A stretch of 64,000 nucleotides of DNA, counting the filler, from an uncultured Methanosarcinales archaeon (GTDB lineage Archaea; Nanobdellota; Nanobdellia; Woesearchaeales; JABMPP01), in assembly GCA_964604995.1 (NCBI GenBank). It is 4 parts of 4 records of this genome, joined end to end, with 100 filler letters (N's around TTAATTAATTAA, not from the genome) between each part and the next. Parts side by side here need not be neighbours in the genome. Positions count along the whole stretch, not along the records: positions 61,818 to 64,000 come from CAZSAD010000064.1; 3 more parts are not named here. One strand, given 5' to 3'. The position numbers were made by a program, and so were the translations under genes. A model generated the notes under the pieces. It saw only the letters and a list, made by a program, of their open reading frames with translations. It made no database searches and was not told where the DNA came from. Positions 61,718-64,000 of the stretch are shown piece by piece (positions within the stretch are counted from its first letter, which is position 1; each line of letters begins with the position of its first letter).

Positions 61718-61817
61718 NNNNNNNNNNNNNNNNNNNNNNNNNNNNNNNNNNNNNNNNNNNNTTAATTAATTAANNNNNNNNNNNNNNNNNNNNNNNNNNN
61801 NNNNNNNNNNNNNNNNN
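61718..61817. other. artificial contig-join spacer
   Basis: N44-TTAATTAATTAA-N44. Confidence 0.97.
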
Positions 61818-61818
61818 A

Positions 61819-63473
61819 CTTGAGTTTGACGGCTTTTTTAGTTACTAGGTTTTATTAAATTTTTATTTATCGCTTTTAGTATGTTTTCTTGCATTTTTGT
61901 TAACAGAACTGTCTTAACAAACTCATTTCCATTTTTAGAATCATTTAAATATATTTTATACATTGTCTCCAGTTGATCAAGAGCTTCGATTGAGGTTACT
62001 TTAACATTTTTCATTTTCAATTTATAATCCAATATTGAAAGGAGCAGGTATGACAAATAACAGATAAAAATATGTGCTTTAACTCTTCCTGCAATCCAAT
62101 TTCTAACCGGCCTAACTTTAATTACACCTTTTAAACAAGCGAATGCTTTTTCAACCGTGTCTTTATCAAAATATTTTCTTATCAATTCTTGTACTGCCAC
62201 ATTTTTTGTGGAAAATATTATTGATACCCCATCATATTTTGCATCTTCTTCTATTTTACTTTCAAGCACACCTCCATTTGCATTAAAATATTTTTTAATA
62301 GATTCATCAATCTGCTTCTTTTTTTGAAGCAGTATCTTCGCTTCAAAAATATTCTTTAATCGCTTTTCCCGCTGTTCAACTTGTTGTTTTGGATTTAAAC
62401 AAATATACAGATAGCCAGCAACATCTTCAAATTTAATATTTTTTACAGATACATAGAAAGAAGACTCTTTCAGCTGAACTCTGTTTTTAGGGCTGATAAG
62501 ATTGCTCTTTGTTAGAGCAACATCAACTTCATCCGGAAGATTTCCTTTATTTGCTAAACCACAAATTACTTCAAATCCTAACTTTTTAGCGTCGGAAATA
62601 TTAATTTTGGACGAAACGCCCCGATCCCAAATAAGGAAAGGAGTTTGAATTCCTGCAAAAGAAAGATTTTTCATTACATCAAATAATGTTCGTGCATCAA
62701 ATACATTGCCGCTGAATGTTTTATGAAAAACCGGAATCCCCTCATCAGTTACTGCCAACCCAATTTGCACCAGCCGTCTGAAGCCCCCCTCTTTACTTTT
62801 TGACCTTTTTGCGATTTTACAATTTGAACCAAAAAAGTAAATATTAGTAACATCATAGAAAAATGAATTTTTCTTCAGTTGATATTTTGAATTTACAATA
62901 TTAAATATCTTATTCTGTAAAATTTCATTCCTATCATCGCTGTCCATATAATTTAAAGAATCAACCAATCTTCTTTCAGTCAATTCATTTAAGTTAAGAA
63001 GATGATTAAGTTCTGTTCTTTCAAACCACTCCTGCATTTTGTTTAAGCTTCTTGGATCAACACAATGTGAATAAACCATACTCAATATTTCGGGATAATA
63101 TTCTCCAAGTACTTCCGGTAATTTTATTTGCTTTGCAATTTCATCAAGAATCAATAAAGGTCCGTAGATAGTAACTCGACTAACTTGTGATTGTGCAATT
63201 TCTCCGCTCAATATTTTCTGGTTGTCAACTTCTTTTCCGATTGTTCTAATATATTTATGTTTAGACTTGCCATTTTTCCAGACAGATTCTACTTCTTGCA
63301 GATAAATATGCTTGCCTACTTTTACCCTTCTTATAAAGCTCATAGTAACTAATGTTAGTTACTAGTTATTTAAATACTTTTCGGTTGGTAAAATGGTTTC
63401 TGGTTTTTACGTCGATAAAATGAGATTACACCAAAAGATAAACCTAGTAACTAAAAATCAAGTAGAAGTTAGG
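61819..63473 (-). mobile_element. IS1634-family insertion sequence (~1.65 kb)
   Basis: Imperfect terminal IRs CTTGAGTTTGACGGCTTTTTTAGTTACTAGGTTT and (reverse complement) CCTAACTTCTACTTGATTTTTAGTTACTAGGTTT flank the transposase. Confidence 0.85.
61838..63343 (-). CDS. IS1634-family DDE transposase
   Basis: FYDVTNIYF, WDRG, VEKAF..LK, RPVR, RVKAHIFICYLSY. Confidence 0.92.
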   Translation of the reverse strand: MSFIRRVKVGKHIYLQEVESVWKNGKSKHKYIRTIGKEVDNQKILSGEIAQSQVSRVTIYGPLLILDEIAKQIKLPEVLGEYYPEILSMVYSHCVDPRSLNKMQEWFERTELNHLLNLNELTERRLVDSLNYMDSDDRNEILQNKIFNIVNSKYQLKKNSFFYDVTNIYFFGSNCKIAKRSKSKEGGFRRLVQIGLAVTDEGIPVFHKTFSGNVFDARTLFDVMKNLSFAGIQTPFLIWDRGVSSKINISDAKKLGFEVICGLANKGNLPDEVDVALTKSNLISPKNRVQLKESSFYVSVKNIKFEDVAGYLYICLNPKQQVEQREKRLKNIFEAKILLQKKKQIDESIKKYFNANGGVLESKIEEDAKYDGVSIIFSTKNVAVQELIRKYFDKDTVEKAFACLKGVIKVRPVRNWIAGRVKAHIFICYLSYLLLSILDYKLKMKNVKVTSIEALDQLETMYKIYLNDSKNGNEFVKTVLLTKMQENILKAINKNLIKPSN

Positions 63474-63474
63474 T

Positions 63475-63867
63475 AATAAAATTACATTTTATGAAAAACC
63501 ATATTTGAGATTAAGCGAACCACAAGTAAGCAAGCGAGATAAAGAAGAAGCACAAGTAAAAATTAAGATAGAACAATATGTTCTGAGAGATATTCCCGTT
63601 AAAGATGAAAGTAAGCGTCCAGAAATTGAAAAGATGCTTCACAAAAACTTCGCAAATCTCATAGATTACTGGACTGTTGACTGGGATTATGATGGTGAAG
63701 TTTTTCGCAGTAAATGGCAAGCTATCAGAGACAGAAAATCATCTGATCCCGTATCCACCACCGCAGACACAACTCTAAAACGTGGTAAAAAATATACTAT
63801 TGCCGTAAGAGTTGTTGATGTTTTTGGTAATGACGCTTCTTTAACCAAAGAGATAGACCTCAGATGA
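63475..63867 (+). pseudogene. C-terminal fragment of a site-specific DNA methyltransferase (type III Mod-like), cut by the IS
   Basis: The frame is open from the IS end (NKITFYEKPYLRL...); IDYWTVDWDYDGEVF and YTIAVRVVDVFGND C-terminal signature. Confidence 0.7.
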
Positions 63868-64000
63868 AAACGACAAAAACAGAATTATTTGGAAAACATC
63901 CTCTGGCTAAAGCTATTGAGCCAGTAGTAGAAGAATGGGCTACAAATAATTATCCTGCGGTAAATGGTAAAGAAATAACCTATTACACCAGAGAATTATT
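63864..64000 (+). CDS. type III restriction Res-like subunit (3' partial)
   Basis: ATGA overlap with the MTase stop; VEEWATNNYPA...TRELL resembles the N-terminus of type III Res helicases. Confidence 0.55.
   Translation, partial: MKTTKTELFGKHPLAKAIEPVVEEWATNNYPAVNGKEITYYTREL

Noticed and set aside
61487..61765. Plus-strand 92-aa ORF
   Set aside because: Antisense to rpl34e and runs into Ns.

Overview
AT-rich archaeal DNA, most likely from a DPANN/Woesearchaeota-type metagenome assembly (Nop5-fibrillarin, aMBF1, L14e/L34e, archaeal SecDF and PheST). The window is four contigs joined by artificial 100-nt N/TTAATTAATTAA spacers (1-23175, 23276-45223, 45324-61717, 61818-64000), so gene order across the joins means nothing. 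Contig 1 holds housekeeping genes (AK6, aMBF1, pyrG, secFD, pyrH, an ABC1 kinase plus a phasin-like gene, uppS, nop5/flpA, cysS). Contig 2 is a ~21-kb surface-glycan cluster (GT2/GT4, several methyltransferases, wecBC, wzm/wzt, fcl, gmm, galE). Contig 3 holds tRNA-Gly(CCC) with an unusual G8/G14 pair, pepA, a full sufBDSUC operon, pheST, a RelBE-type toxin-antitoxin pair and ribosomal proteins. Contig 4 is an IS1634 element truncating a type III-like R-M methyltransferase. The most striking signal is near the start. A coiled-coil/HTH protein with an N-terminal amphipathic helix carries a helically phased (10-12 bp) AGGACA array inside its own gene and a second, inverted array just downstream. 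A third cluster is hidden in synonymous codons 2.5 kb away, and AT-rich inverted repeats lie upstream. This is a candidate undescribed iteron-type origin or centromere/membrane-anchoring system; the function is inferred and untested.
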